From Paraglomus brasilianum (taxonomy: Eukaryota), in the NCBI GenBank assembly GCA_910592345.1, contig CAJVPI010000225.1:1-41104 (forward strand): a stretch of 41,104 bases of DNA, in the 5' to 3' direction. Below the pieces are notes generated by a model. It worked only from the letters and a program-made list of their open reading frames with translations. It had not been told where the DNA came from and made no database searches. Position numbers and translations under genes: made by a program. Positions within the stretch are counted from its first letter, which is position 1; every line of letters begins with the position of its first letter. Shown here one piece after another: positions 26,748-40,107 of this stretch.

Positions 26748-27493
26748 TTCTCTCATACTTGCACTTTTCCAAAAAGGCTATAACTTCGCATTTAGGTTTC
26801 TGCGAACTAGATGAGTGTCGTGTGTCTTGGTAGGAGACTTGTATTAATCAGTCCGTACTATTGATGAAGGGGGTACATCGATTAATAAAATACACTAAAT
26901 GTCATGAGTCAAAAAACCAACTTACACTAGTAAAAGATTTCTGGCGCACCATACATAATTAAGAAAGTATAGTCACGTGAGTTTGTTTTCTACTAATAAT
27001 AATATTAAACTATCTCTTTGCTATGTTACTCACATTTTATGATTGGATCATATATGAAATAAGGTAATTTTAATTAACCATCTTAAAGCCAGGAATATAA
27101 AAACTGTAAGTCTTAAGGTTCTTCTGTTGTTCTTCAAAAGTGATTTATCTTTTCACAGGACTATAAAATGGCCTGTGGTCAGCCTATAATCTTTAATATG
27201 GAGAGAATATGCATTTGTGAAGAGTTGCAATGGTCTATCTATTTTTCTAAGAATCATCAAAGCATGCTCAAAAGACTAGAGAACGCTATTGTCATCTGTC
27301 ATGGACAAGATATTAACATGGACAGAGTTACCAAATACTCATTCGTCTTGCATTCAATATTCAACAGAAAGCCTTTCAGACATGTCTAAAAAGAGACTAT
27401 GGAGTGACGACCATGGTATTTTGTTGTTTCAAACGAAATATAAATCAATTATACCAGCACTTCATTCTTATTATTTTCCTCAATGTAGCCCTA

Positions 27494-29949
27494 ATGTCTG
27501 TCGCCCTGCCTCCAGAAACAGACAAATGGAAAAGAATAAAGACTGAGAATTCGTCCTTCAGTGAAGGTATCTTAGTTATGCTTTGATAGACATTATGCAA
27601 TGCTACAGCAAATTTTGAATCGCTGACACAACTCAGGTGTCGACTTTCTTTACCAAAAGGTAACTTCAGAGCTACAAAAAACGTGTCATGACAAAATATC
27701 GCGAGATATTATAAATGTCCTATCAGACATATCAACCTGTGCTCGGTGTGTGCTGAGGTTCCTGTCAATAAGAGATTGGAATGTTTATTCAGCACCGGAA
27801 GAGGTATGTCCTTTTCGAACAAGCTCTCCCATTGACATATATTTTCTGTTCTTTAATACTTTTTACTGCTTACCCAGCTATTGTTTGAAACCTTTCACCG
27901 AATATGTGCAAATGTTGATGTCGAACCGCCGTCTGAAACGCGTGCAAATGTGTATACTGCGGAAGAGATTATCTCGCCATACGAAAGTCCAACTATATGC
28001 CCTTTATGCTTTGATCTTCTTCGTTTTGCAGATAAACTCGACTGTGTCTGGCCAATTTGTGAGAAGTACTACGCGCACGATTACAAGGTGACAGATTTCA
28101 ATCTGAACGTAATCGTTCCTTCTGGTGTTATTGTGAAGAATCATTCGGCTTTAATCCGAATACAACGACTATCGGCGTAAGTAGTTTTATGCGATTGCTA
28201 TGCCCCTGTTATGTATATATGGCCCGAAAGAATGTGGTTTACTAACGTAATTTAAGATAAGATTTACTGGCGACTATGTTGTTGATTTGAAAATCCCATA
28301 CAAGTCGCTATTGGGATTATCGATTCAGGAAGTTCTTGGATTACAATATTCATCTGATAGTAAATTCTTGATAACAGTTGAATATTGTCATCCAGGAACC
28401 CAAGAGAATCATCGTTTTTTGACCAGAGTATCTTCTGCGAACTTCCAATTGAAGAAGATGAAAGTGAAGGTATGGGAAGGGGTTGTTAATGGAGATTGAG
28501 TCGAGTGTGCAATTTGTTGCTAATTCATAAACAGGGAAAGGATGTATGGACGGGTGATTCTCGGCAAAACATCGTGAAAGCTCTGGCTATTACTAGTGAC
28601 AATGATTTCATTGAGTAGGTATGAATCTATTGTGTATTTCCCTCTAAACCATTGTCTTACTTTTCTTGTATTGTTAGATATGGCGAGTATCCTCCAGCGG
28701 CAGTCACAGAACGATTCCAAATTTTAACGATTCGATTAGAACACTCTCCTATTTTTGTTGGAGGTCTGTATGCTATCAGCAGAGGGATCTTCTGTTTGAA
28801 TATTCTTACTGACTTGTTTTCATTATCTCATCAACAGGTAGATATCTCAAACTCTCTCGAGACATCAGTCAAACCCCTTGGGTCGTCAGCGGCTCACGAT
28901 TAACTGAGAAGTCAGTGTCGGAATGTATTGGTGAAATATTGAGAGAAAAATACAGATGTGATGGTAGGATTAGCTAATTTGCAAAGGAGATAAGATACTT
29001 GGTTAATATTCCTGTCGTATCTTTATCTATTAAGCATCATACGCGATCCGTTAGTTACTCAATCGTCTCACGTTTTTCCAGACTATAACTTTGTTTCTTC
29101 TGGCAGAGAAGATGCAAACGTCAGGATGCTTGGTAATGGGCGACCTTTCTATTTAGGATTAATTAACCCAAGGGAACGGTGTTTGTCACAGCATGAACTG
29201 AATGATGCTGAAATGGAAATTGCTGAACGATCCGGGAAATTCATACGCGTTCACAAGCTAAAGCGTATAGATGAGTAAGTACATGCATAATTATTCTTTA
29301 CTTGGAACCATCAATAATAGCATTTCTGTTTTATAGATGTCACCTGCCTACCATCAAAGTAGGCGAGGAATCTAAGGTGAAAAAATACAGGTGAGCTATG
29401 ATGAAGGCGTCTGTACATAAATTATCAACTTATACTGTATATCTTTACAAGTATGCTAGTATGGCTTTCAGAGATGGTCACTACAGAGATGGTGAATAAG
29501 CTAAATGAAATCGGAAATTCAGGCATTACTATTGATCAATGGACACCAATTCGTGTACTGCAAAGGTAACCAAACGTTGGCTTTGACCATAAATCAATCA
29601 ACCTGGCGCAATGTATATAATAAAATCTATGAATAGACGCGCGTTAATGGTTCGCAAAAAAAAGATACATACTCTTTTTGCTGAAGCGCTTGAGGAACAT
29701 TTCCTACGCATTGAGCTAAGAACAGAAGCTGGAACGTATCCTTCTTTTGAATTAAATCTCTACTCAATTTTTGTTGTATTTATAATCTCTTTCCTTAGCT
29801 TGTGTTACAAATTAAGCTACATTAAAGAATTTATTCACGGTGATCTGGGCAGAACAACACCCAGTTTGGGTAAATTAGTTGGCTGTGATGCAGATATATT
29901 AGAGCTGGATGTTCTTGACGTTGAATTAGCGTGGCCTCCGGAGGACTGA
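27494..29949 (+). CDS. PUS10: tRNA pseudouridine(54/55) synthase Pus10, multi-exon
   Basis: CARCVLRF, CPLC, FVGG|RYLKLSRDISQTPW, FVSSGREDANVRMLGNGRPF (catalytic D), GEESKVKKY, QWTPIRVLQR, AGT|YIKEFIHGDLGRT, DILELDVLDVELAWPP. Confidence 0.95.
29736..29816 (+). other. U12-type (minor spliceosome) GT-AG intron in PUS10
   Basis: 5' splice site GTATCCTTC, branch TTTCCTTAGC at 29790-29799 close to the AG at 29815-29816, no polypyrimidine tract; removal restores AGTYIKEF. Confidence 0.85.
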
Positions 29950-30442
29950 AGCTATGGGAAAGGAATAAAGAATTACAAGGCTGTGTTGCTTGCATTCAGG
30001 CTAAGAGCGAGATTTATGTTTACATGCTGGGGACGCCTAACCTCTTCATAGAAAAGACAGCTACTGGTATACATAATTTATATGCAATACAAGTTATAGA
30101 GGGACCAAAGATTTATAGAAAAGGAATTAGTTTCGAATTTATTTTCGATATCTGCTGTACTATATCAAAACGTACGAATTCTATTAATACAAGCATATCC
30201 GGATCGCTTGGAATTTTATTAAGCTACTCAATTAAAAGTGAAATCATTGTATAGCGTGACGATTGCAGGTGCAAAAAGCAAATTTGTCACATCTAGAAAA
30301 GCAAGCTTCAACTACACAGCTTTTAGTAAACATCGATAAACAATTACAAGTAATATTGATAAATTCTGTATGATAAAGATCTGGCAACAAGATTTTTGTA
30401 TGAAATACACTTCATATGCGAGTATATTGTTCCATTATTGCA

Positions 30443-31241
30443 TTAATCGTCCTTGTTCTTCGCATTCTTCTCAGCTTTCTCCGCCCGTTTTATCGCCTGC
30501 TTATCAACCTGTGGTTGATTAGCATCACCAATAGCAAACGGATTCGGATTCTTCCAAGGTCTTCTAAGATCGCCTTCAGCTTTTTGTCCCAAGATATGAA
30601 TCTGAGCGAGAGGTAATTGGAATGCTGCCTTTACTGACATAATAGATTGGATAGCTAACGGTTGTGTGAAACCAAAATAGAGGTGAAATGCCATCAAGAC
30701 GCCAGCTCCTGTTAGAGCGGATCTCAGAGCTTCCTTCAATTTCTCGCGATCATAGTCGCGATAATTCGTCTTCACAGACTTGGGCTGCTCGTTGGTAAGC
30801 GGCTTTGCGGGTTCAACATACTTTAAAGTTGTTTCATCTATCGCATATTGATAATAAAAAAATCGGATTAATAGAAGCGGATTTCCAAACATAAAATTGC
30901 TCCTCAGGCATAAACGTAACAGTTACCATTGCTCTTCTCTATCTTGAGACCGATTACATAGTATATTGCTAAAACAATGAGTTGTGAGGCAAAATAAGCT
31001 AGTCGTATATATGTGATAATTATAGGATCCTCAAGATCTAACTTGCGAAGGACTTGGACGATACCAAAGATAAGGACTAAGTTGAGAATCTGCAAAGAGC
31101 GATTTGAATGCTTAGTAAGTATGGTCATCGACCAAGGCAATAACAATGACGACAAGAGAGGACGCTGAAACCAGAACAAGAACAACACATATATTTGATT
31201 TAGTTGAGTCTGGAGCGACTGTGTAAGATCATAATTACCAT
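30443..31241 (-). CDS. PHO88: Pho88/Snd3 ER membrane protein (SRP-independent targeting)
   Basis: DETTLKYVEP...DYD...HLYFGFTQPLAIQSI...IHILGQKAEGDLRRPW. First exon uncertain (ATG|GT at 31241, or in-frame ATG near 31128). Confidence 0.92.
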
Positions 31242-32288
31242 AATGATAGACTAGAGATCTCTCAACCACGTCCTAAGCTGAAAAACTATGTGGTAATAAG
31301 ATATGTTGCCGATGACATGTGATTGTAATGTTTCACACAGCAAATTTTATCACGTGATTCGTGATCTCGTTTCTCAATACACTAATACTAAAGGTAAAGC
31401 CGAAGATTTTAACTAACCGTAATAAGATTCTTGCCGAAGGCATACGCGGATTTATACGATTGGTTCGTTTCTTAAATTCCCGTGATCAAGACTAACCGTT
31501 TATATACAGTGGGCAATCGCTTGACTGTTTATTGAAAACTGCTAAATCTCTACTGGAGAAATCAAGTCTTTGCTTTGTATATTGGTAAAGATTGTAGTAG
31601 GAACTCAATATTGAACGTGCTAGACGTGTTTTTGTCGCATCATTTGGTGTACCACAAAGCAATAATAATAATATAAATAAATAAATATATTATTAGTTAT
31701 GGTTTACATCAACACTTCGCCTGCTGTAAAAGCGATCGAAACAGGTGATTTCAGAACATCTTATTGGGTAAATGTCATGTGATTTTATTATGATTTGTAG
31801 TTTTTAGAACAACCCAGCAACAGTAAACTAAACTGGTGACTATACAGAAGGTTTACGTGTGGTCGGTGATTCCAAAGAAGTGTCAATTTTTATTGATACA
31901 CAAACCTCGCGTTTGTTATTGAGGCTTAGTTGAAGCCGTGTTTAAATAAACTTCTACATTAATGTATGCTGAATATGGAATACAAACACTAAACTATGGT
32001 TGTTACACAGATACCTGTGTCGCCTGTAGTAAGTTCAGTATTATTAAGATTCGTGATTGATATTGTTACTTTTGTTTTATATCGATTAACAATAACAAAG
32101 ACGCGTACACAGCGGCCTATAAGTATCAAAGTCGATCATTTTGTTGTGCTAAAAAGTTGACTGTCGATAAGCGTGAAACCGTATTTATTTACCGATAGAT
32201 AATAATGACTGATAACGTAAACATTGTTGGTTTGTATATTTTATAAACACCGTTCGTTCAACTCACGTTTAAACGGCATTCAAATTTA

Positions 32289-33009
32289 TTGTATATATCC
32301 GTTTCTTTAGCTAGTAAACATTGCTCTCGCTGTCGTTGCAAAAGATTGATTAGAGATTTCGCACGACTTGGAAGGGGAAAGAAAGCGAAAATTTTTAACA
32401 CATGTAATATTTGCTCAAAACCGATGCGTTGTAAAGGTATGAATATGGTGGAGATGATTTGTAATGTATAATTATGAAAGAAAACAGAGAAAAAAAAAGG
32501 ATGAAAGAGAGAGAAGGAGAATTCGAAAATAAGCAATCAGATATAGAACTAGTTCTTCACGTTGGGTGCACAAGAACGTATTGTGAGAACGGTAATAGAC
32601 CATGTAAACGTGACGAATGAAGAAAAATAGAAGCCAACTAACATGTAGAAGTTGTGAAAACCAGAAGTTAGAACAAATACCTGGAAACTAATCATAAAAT
32701 GTTTAATTAGAAACAAAGAGAAGTGAATTGGCAGAAGCCCTGAAACAAGTCCAGAACAAATTCCAGAAATTAATAGGCGAAAAAAACCAGGCTCTTCGAG
32801 ATCTAAAGGCTATGCAAAACCAAAATACAGAGCTAATAAGACAGATTAAACAAATGGAGGAACGAATAGCAGAGCTAGAGAAAGAGCAGACGTGGGATAT
32901 ATTAGTACACGAAGATGCTAGTAAGGAAGAATCGGATCTATTGTTGGAAATAGAAGAAGTAAAAATAACAAAAGAAGATCTAGATGAATATTTAAATAGT
33001 TATAAATAA
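32289..33009 (+). pseudogene. Decayed ORFs: CxxC...CxxC zinc-binding fragment and a coiled-coil ORF, probably from a mobile element
   Basis: HCSRCRCKR...FNTCNIC (32289..32471); A-rich heptad coiled coil 32728..33009 without an ATG start. Confidence 0.4.
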
Positions 33010-34567
33010 TATTAATGAAACGAGTAGAACGAGAATTAGCCAAGGACGAAGAAATTCGCAAGTCAAAATAATCTTCCAAATGCGAAACTCTCGTGATGGA
33101 TACGCTGCTACATTTAACAAAAATAGACTAATAGACTTGATGCTAAGCGAGCAAGTCTTGCTTTTCAATAAATTGTAGAAGAAAAGTTGTCAACTCATAA
33201 TCGAAAATTTTCGGGGTCTATCCATTCCTCAATTTTCAAAAAAAAACAAACAATTTCACATTTAATAACGATGAGAACAGTGAGTCAGATATTATCGAAC
33301 AAGGACAAGCTACCTATAATAATAGATTCGCCGTCAATCTTCACTAAATGCAACCTCTCTAAATGCAAGCTCTGGTTTATAAGACCCATTAAGTAAACAA
33401 GTATGTCCATATGATCCCGATGCATTGCATTTAGAGAGGTTGACTGCATTATTAATACACGATCGATCTATAACCCTGCAGACTGTCATCTCTTAGGGAA
33501 TCGACTTGCTCCTTCTTATCTGACATTATAAATATCTAATCTACACAGAATTATTTACGCTTAAATTATTCGACCGATGTAAATAGTTCAATAAATTCTG
33601 GCTATCTTATCTGAAACCAACAGAGCTATTTCTTAATGTCAGCTTTTAACGCGTACTCTTCAAAACTACGTGTCGCTGCGCTTTTTGCTACTGTTGAAGC
33701 AACAGCTACAATAATTCTTAGACAAAGAACTACATTCGACGCGTCTTTTTTATAGTAAATGTGTTCGATTCAATATACGTAGACAGTACATTTACTTAAT
33801 TCCACTACCGAAGATCCATAGTATATTTATTTGATATTAATATGAATGTTGTTAATATCTAACTAATAATACTGACACGACACACCTTTTAATGACAAGA
33901 TTCGCATTTTTTTTTTTGATGCCCTGGCTAATTTGTATACGATAGCCGCTCACTTTTGAATGTCGTTCTTGAATTTTGACACTAGTTATTTTAAATACAA
34001 CAATGCCCAAATCTTGTAAACAAGGCACGTTCTCTTAAATTTGTTGTGTCCGTTGATATTCAACTAGTTAATCAAGCAATATTAATATTAATTTCAGCGA
34101 GGCTCAATAACCTTAAGAAAATCTCCTCTGCCAGACAACCGCTTTTGAATAGGTACATACTGAAAATTGCCACATAATTAAAAGTGCAATCACCTATTAC
34201 AAATGTTATTCAGTGTGAATGACAGCTGGCTTGCGTTGCGAATGCAATGACTTCTTCCCAAGATCCGACATACAGTACATGTATGATATAATAAATCATT
34301 TAAATATGGGAAATCAAAGCTTATTGTGAATTTATTATTAATAATGTCTTGAAGCAGTCGCATCGTACTGATATGTCAGCCTATATCAAGAGAAGAATTA
34401 CATGCTAGAACGTGTGCATTTTGATAGACTATTCCATGCCTACTTTCTGGCGAAAACAAGGTGGATTAAAGCAACCTCGTCGCAAATGCCACAAAGTAAT
34501 AATTAAGAAGATTGACAAGTTGGTTACGAGTGCAAGCTTAGTAGTATTACGCGAATTCTCTGTAAAC

Positions 34568-34577
34568 GAAAAATTTT
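34568..34577 (+). promoter_or_regulatory. RRPE-like motif upstream of PWP1
   Basis: GAAAAATTTT about 90 bp before the ATG of a ribosome-biogenesis gene. Confidence 0.5.
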
Positions 34578-34668
34578 AAATTTGTGACATCATCAGTGCG
34601 ACCTTCGATCGAGTTAAATTTCAAATTCCTCGAATTTTTTCTCCGAAAACGCAGACTTCTTGGAAATC

Positions 34669-36759
34669 ATGATATCCGCCATACTGTGGGTGCGCAAAGG
34701 GATAAGTAGCGAGCGACCAGAGGTAGTTTTCTATGTAAGATTTGGCGTATCATCGCGATCGGGAGCGTCTTAATCATTCCTGCTATATACCTTAGAGGTA
34801 TGAATTAGATGAGAAAGAATTTGAACGAATTCAAAAGCTTTCGTTGATGGACCTTGAGGATGTAGAGGAAGAAGCAGCAAAGTAAGGAAATTTCGTTTGA
34901 TGCTGTTACAAACATTCTAGTATATTTATCTGATTGGAATAAGCATGTAGCGTCAATGAAACTACCAATGCAGAAACAACGGAGATCGATCCCGCATTGG
35001 ATGAATACCATTTGGAAGATTATGATAAGAGCGGATCGGGACAATGTTAGTCGGCAGTTAATGGTTGAAAACTTTGAACGATTTATGCGGACTCACTCGG
35101 TTTCTTTTTCTAGCACTGAGTATATTTGGGAACTCTGACAGTCTTTCGTATTATACATCAAATGATGAAGATCCGTATATAACGCTCGATGATGAGGTAG
35201 TGGAAAAAGTTTTTAGGAAAGATACCCCAATTGTTGCTTTGTATTTTACTGCTTCTCACCAGCTTTTGTCAAATTAGCCCAATGAAGATGATGCAGACGT
35301 GCAAATATTACCAACAGACAATCTTATCATAGCTGCGAGAACAGAAGATGATGTCTCCCAATTAGAGATTTATGTATATGGAGAACAAGAAGACAGCTTA
35401 TATGTACACCATGACATATTATTACCCTCATTTCCCCTCTGTCTTGAATGGTTAGACTTCCGATTAGGACGGAATGCGGAGATGGAAGGCGGCGGGAATT
35501 ATGTTGCTGTTGGAACGTTCGAGCCAGAGATTGAGATTTGGAATCTAGACGTGATTGATCCTATGTATCCCGATGCTATCCTAGGAAAAAGTCAAGCAGA
35601 AATGGGAAGTAGGAAGGGGAAAAAGAAAAAGCGTAATAAGGTAGACATTGAAACCAAACTATTACAACAAGTACTCATGATTAATGAAAAGGAATAATAG
35701 AGAAATATTAATTATTATAGAAGCCCAATCCAGATTATCATGTCGACGCCATCATGTCTCTGTCATGGAACAAGCTACATAGGTGAAATGAGTTAATGAG
35801 ATCTTCTTACCAGGCCTGATATGTTTTTTCAGTCTCATATCACTAATAATTTCCGAAAATCTCCTAGAAATATTCTTGCATCCTCTTCAGCAGACACAAC
35901 AGTAAAACTTTGGGATTTATCATCTCTATCGGTAGCACACTCATTTACGCATCACAAAGACAAGGTCCAGTCAGTTCTCTGGCATCCAATTGAATCAACT
36001 GTATTTGTGACTGCATCTTATGACAAGACAGTCACTGTTCTTGATAGCCGGGCTCCAGATAACATTACGCTTTGGAATCTAGGAGCTGATCCAGAATGTG
36101 TCCATTGGGACCCATTTGCCCCATACTGTTTTTATGTTAGTAGTGAAGATGGCTTGGTACAGTATTTTGATGTGAGAAATGGATCAGGCGGAGCAGTGTT
36201 TAGGCTTCATGCACACGATGCAGCGGTGTCTAGTATGGATGTGAATCCGTCGATTAATGGATGTTTTGTGACTGGGTCTACTGACAAGACAGTGAAAATT
36301 TGGAATATAAACGAAGGAAAACCTGGTATGGTTTTGTCCCGGAATTTTGACCTGGTGAGTATAATAGATTTGAGATTGTAATCTATAACCGAATAATAAT
36401 GTTATTCGTATCATTCATAGGGTAAAGTGTTTACAACGAAATTCAGTCCCGATTCGCCGTTTCAGCTGGCAATGGCCGGATCCAACGGCAAGGTGCACGT
36501 TTGGGATATATCTTCAAATGCATATGTAAGAGAGGCTTTCAGGGGACGAGGCTTAATACCAAGCACCGAGTTTACGCTGATCGAGGTAAGTACAGAATGT
36601 CTTCTGTACAACGGCCAGCATATATTATATTAATGCCTTTTCATCTGTTAGAAAACAGTCACGTTGCCAAACGATACAAATGAAGATGAGAGTGAAGAAG
36701 AAGACGAGGAAGAAGAAGATTTGGAAAGAATGGAAGACGATAGTGGAAATGATGTTTAA
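34669..36759 (+). CDS. PWP1: Periodic tryptophan protein 1 (WD40, rRNA processing), multi-exon
   Basis: MISAILWVRKG, DPYITL, LPTDNLIIAARTEDDVSQLEIYVY, YVHHDILLPSFPLCLEWLD, VAVGTFEPEIEIWNLD, WD repeats and acidic tail. Confidence 0.96.
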
Positions 36760-37435
36760 TGTTATGGAATGTCTGTTGAATTATATAGAAAGCATTAGCA
36801 TTGTGTATTATAAATATAAAGTATTAGCCAAAATTAATTTCGAATAGAATAGAAATTCGTTTTATTAATTTTTGTGACATTGAAAACAGAAAGAAGAACA
36901 AGACTGTTTACGATATATTTACTATTATTAGAACGAGGAACGTCATTACAATTGAATAGACAATGGCCAGTAAAAAACTGGTCTGCTTTACAAGTTGCCA
37001 TTAAAAACCTATGCGATGGAAAAGTTTAGCGGATTGATAATTTCCCAATCTTGTCAGATTATCAGTAAACAGCCAATATTTTGTCAAGGGAGTGTAGTTA
37101 AGCCAAATACTCTCATTAGAATTCTTCCATGTATGGCCTTCCTGTTGGCCACTTCTTTGTTTCACCTCTGACTCTTACTGTCATGTTAAAACTAGCTTTA
37201 GCGAGCCTGTCAACAGGATATCGTAGCTTGGAAATAAAGATCGTAGTTAAGCCAAATGTGTAATGCTGCACCCATATCTGATAGTCTCTTCAATGATTTT
37301 ATTAAATACTGATCTTTTTTATTAAGAAAGTACTGGTCAACCAATTGATTGGTTGTCTATATTTCGTTTATCTTACGTTCACTCGACCAGTTGAATAAAT
37401 GTTCGACCAAATAAATTAACGATTGACTATTAGCA

Positions 37436-39449
37436 CTACTGCGGGTCATTGAACGGATCAAACGTGTTGCTGCTGCTGAACGCTTTATCCAGTGCTGTAC
37501 GGCTTACAAAACTTGAAGAGTTAACCACAGAATTCTGACTCTGTCGCACAGGTCTACCACGACGCATTGGTATAATATTGGACGTTGTACTATTCAATAT
37601 AGGATAAGAAGGACTAGTACCCATATAGCTCTGATAGTCGTACTGTGTCGAATTTGTAGTGACAACTACCGCCCCCGAAGACAACATCGACTGCTGCGAC
37701 ACATTCTTTAAGTTGGGCTGTTCCGGATAAATCTGCGATGTAGAGCAATGTTAAGTCTCAAATGATACGACTACAACTTCAAACACTATGCGATGCAATT
37801 TCTTATATTGAAAACAATCCATACATTTACTATTGGACACGCCACTCCTCTCAAAGTACAAACGCTCTTAGTAATTTGGTAAATATTCGGTCGTAATGAA
37901 GAATCCTCCTTTAACATTGATTCTAAATGTTGTATCACATGTTAGGATTCTCATTGACAGCCACGAGTCTCAACGAATACATTTACTAACCTATCAGTCC
38001 GATGAGATCTTGTGAGAAAACAGGATATTGAGGTATCGAATAACGAGCACTAAGAATAGCCAACTGTCCTTGGTCTTCAAACGGAGTTGTATAGTAGCAT
38101 AACTTATACAAGAGAACTCCCAGGGCCCAAATATCTACATAATGTTGTTTCTTAGCAAGGTGATAATATCTACCGTATCGTGATGTAGTACATGTGTCCT
38201 AAATACTTACCAGACTTCTCGTCAATGGGACGTTTCTGATACACATCAACCATTTCTGGAGCTCTATATTGCAATGTGGTGTGTTTCTGTAGGTCTTCTT
38301 CTAGTAATTGCAATTCGTGCCATGTACGTGGTGTGTCAGATTTGATCATGTTTACAGTACACGAACCAAAGTCGCATAATTTAAAGGTATTGTTATGATC
38401 TCTGAGGACATTCTCCACCTTTCGTGCAGAGATCGATTAGACAAGTAGCACCAAGTAAACATGCAATGACGAAGGGGCGTCCTACCTTCAGATCTCTATG
38501 TAGTATTGGAGGTTTTGAATAATGCATGTGGGCTACCGCCTAAAATGCCAAACGAAATTCAGAAAATAGGTTCATGGTGCAACGGTCAAAAAATCCGCAT
38601 GTTTTCATTAAAAGTAGGGCCACCTCACATATATCTTGGAATATTTTGAGTATTTCTACTTCAGTCAAGCGATGTTGCAGTCGTCTATTCATAAGGTCAA
38701 TAACAGGCCCCCCTGAGATAATAAGTATATGAGTATAGAATTGATGAGATTGACAGTCAGTGCTGGCAGACATACCGCGACAATACTCCATCAATATAAA
38801 TATTTCGTAGCCCCCATTTCCCAACGTCCCAGTATGAGAATCAATAAAATACACGATATTCTTATGGTTGTATAGCATTTTCTATAAACAAACCAAACTC
38901 TTATTTAGCACATCGGACGGCTTTCTGGACAAACGATCTCAATAGCACCTTACAGTTCAAATTAGCCAATTGCTTACCATGAAATTGACCTCGTTTAGAA
39001 CAGTATTGAAGCCAGATTTATCGGATACAGCAATACGTTTAAGCACAGCTTGGTATTCATTGTTCACTGGTTCAGTGAGGCGCACAAGATAAACATGCGC
39101 AAAGCCGCCTTATTCAAGCAAAATCGAACTATTAATGCCAACTCGCAATAATTTGTTTCATCAAGCCGTGCCAGTATATTGCTCAAGTACCTTCTGATAA
39201 GTATCTCTCGATGATAACTCGATGCCGTCCGATCAATAAATGTGTTCCTGGTTGTAGTGTCCCCGGTGAACTAACTGCCGAAAAGCCTCCAAAAGGTTGC
39301 TGTTGGAATCTATCAGTCTGTAGGTTGGTTTGTGCATCTATGTGGGTTATTTGTTGACTGTTGAAGAGGGTAGAGTTTGGAAGATGACTAGATACATTAC
39401 TTGAAAGTTGGGAAGCATTGTTCGATAGTTTCTTCAAGTAAGACTGCAT
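37436..39449 (-). CDS. NAK-family Ser/Thr kinase (Ark1/Prk1/AAK1-like), multi-exon
   Basis: [77 protein letters not shown] possible extra terminal exon lies at ~37116-37227. Confidence 0.93.
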
Positions 39450-39744
39450 TGTATATCCAGTGACAGTGATATGCTCTATTACTATGGGACAACTCATTGG
39501 GAATGAGTGATGCAGCCGGTATTTATGTGAAATCTGCCGATCGTTTGCTCGATGACGATTGTCAACCTATCTTTGCACTTCCCGTCTACGAATATTTGGT
39601 ATAGATAATTGTTGTTTTGTACAATTTTAATTAAATTTATAAGGTTATTTAGTGAGCTTTCCTAATACGCATAGATTTTTGGATCAAGAAGAAGGTCACG
39701 TAGTTTGGGACAATTTTACCGATATTTACTGAAGCTGTATACAA

Positions 39745-40107
39745 ATGCTCGACTTAACACTTGACCAATGGCTTCAAGTTCTCCAAGAAGCATGGCAGTA
39801 CGCACTAAACTCTTTCAACATGTCGGAGGCTGTTCAGTCGCTAAAGACAGCTGTTGCAGACACCGATTTTGTTATTCTGATCGGTCTGTTTCTAATGCTA
39901 TATATTGCATTTGCTCTCGTTCGTTTCATCTTCGGGACAGTAATGAAGCTTGCAAGGTTTGCGTTATACCTTGGAATCATTGTTGGTATATACTGGATAT
40001 ATCTTAGCATCGATCCGGCGAAGGGCAACGAAGAACTGAGAACAACAACGAAGAAAGTAGTAACACAAGTGAAAGGGGTAATGCGCGATGTTGTCGAGGA
40101 GTTATGA
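39745..40107 (+). CDS. Small two-TM membrane protein, Apq12-like
   Basis: Clean ATG-to-stop ORF divergent from the kinase; TM (FVILIGLFLMLYIAFAL), short amphipathic basic helix (VRFIFGTVMKLARF), TM (ALYLGIIVGIYWIYL), as in Apq12. Confidence 0.65.
   Translation: MLDLTLDQWLQVLQEAWQYALNSFNMSEAVQSLKTAVADTDFVILIGLFLMLYIAFALVRFIFGTVMKLARFALYLGIIVGIYWIYLSIDPAKGNEELRTTTKKVVTQVKGVMRDVVEEL

Noticed and set aside
27168..27546. Short ORFs upstream of PUS10
   Set aside because: No recognisable motif; the PUS10 start at 27494 accounts for the locus.
27568..27637. PUS10 first intron as U12-type (GTATCTTAG)
   Set aside because: Donor deviates from GTATCCTT and the branch (GCTGAC) is U2-type.
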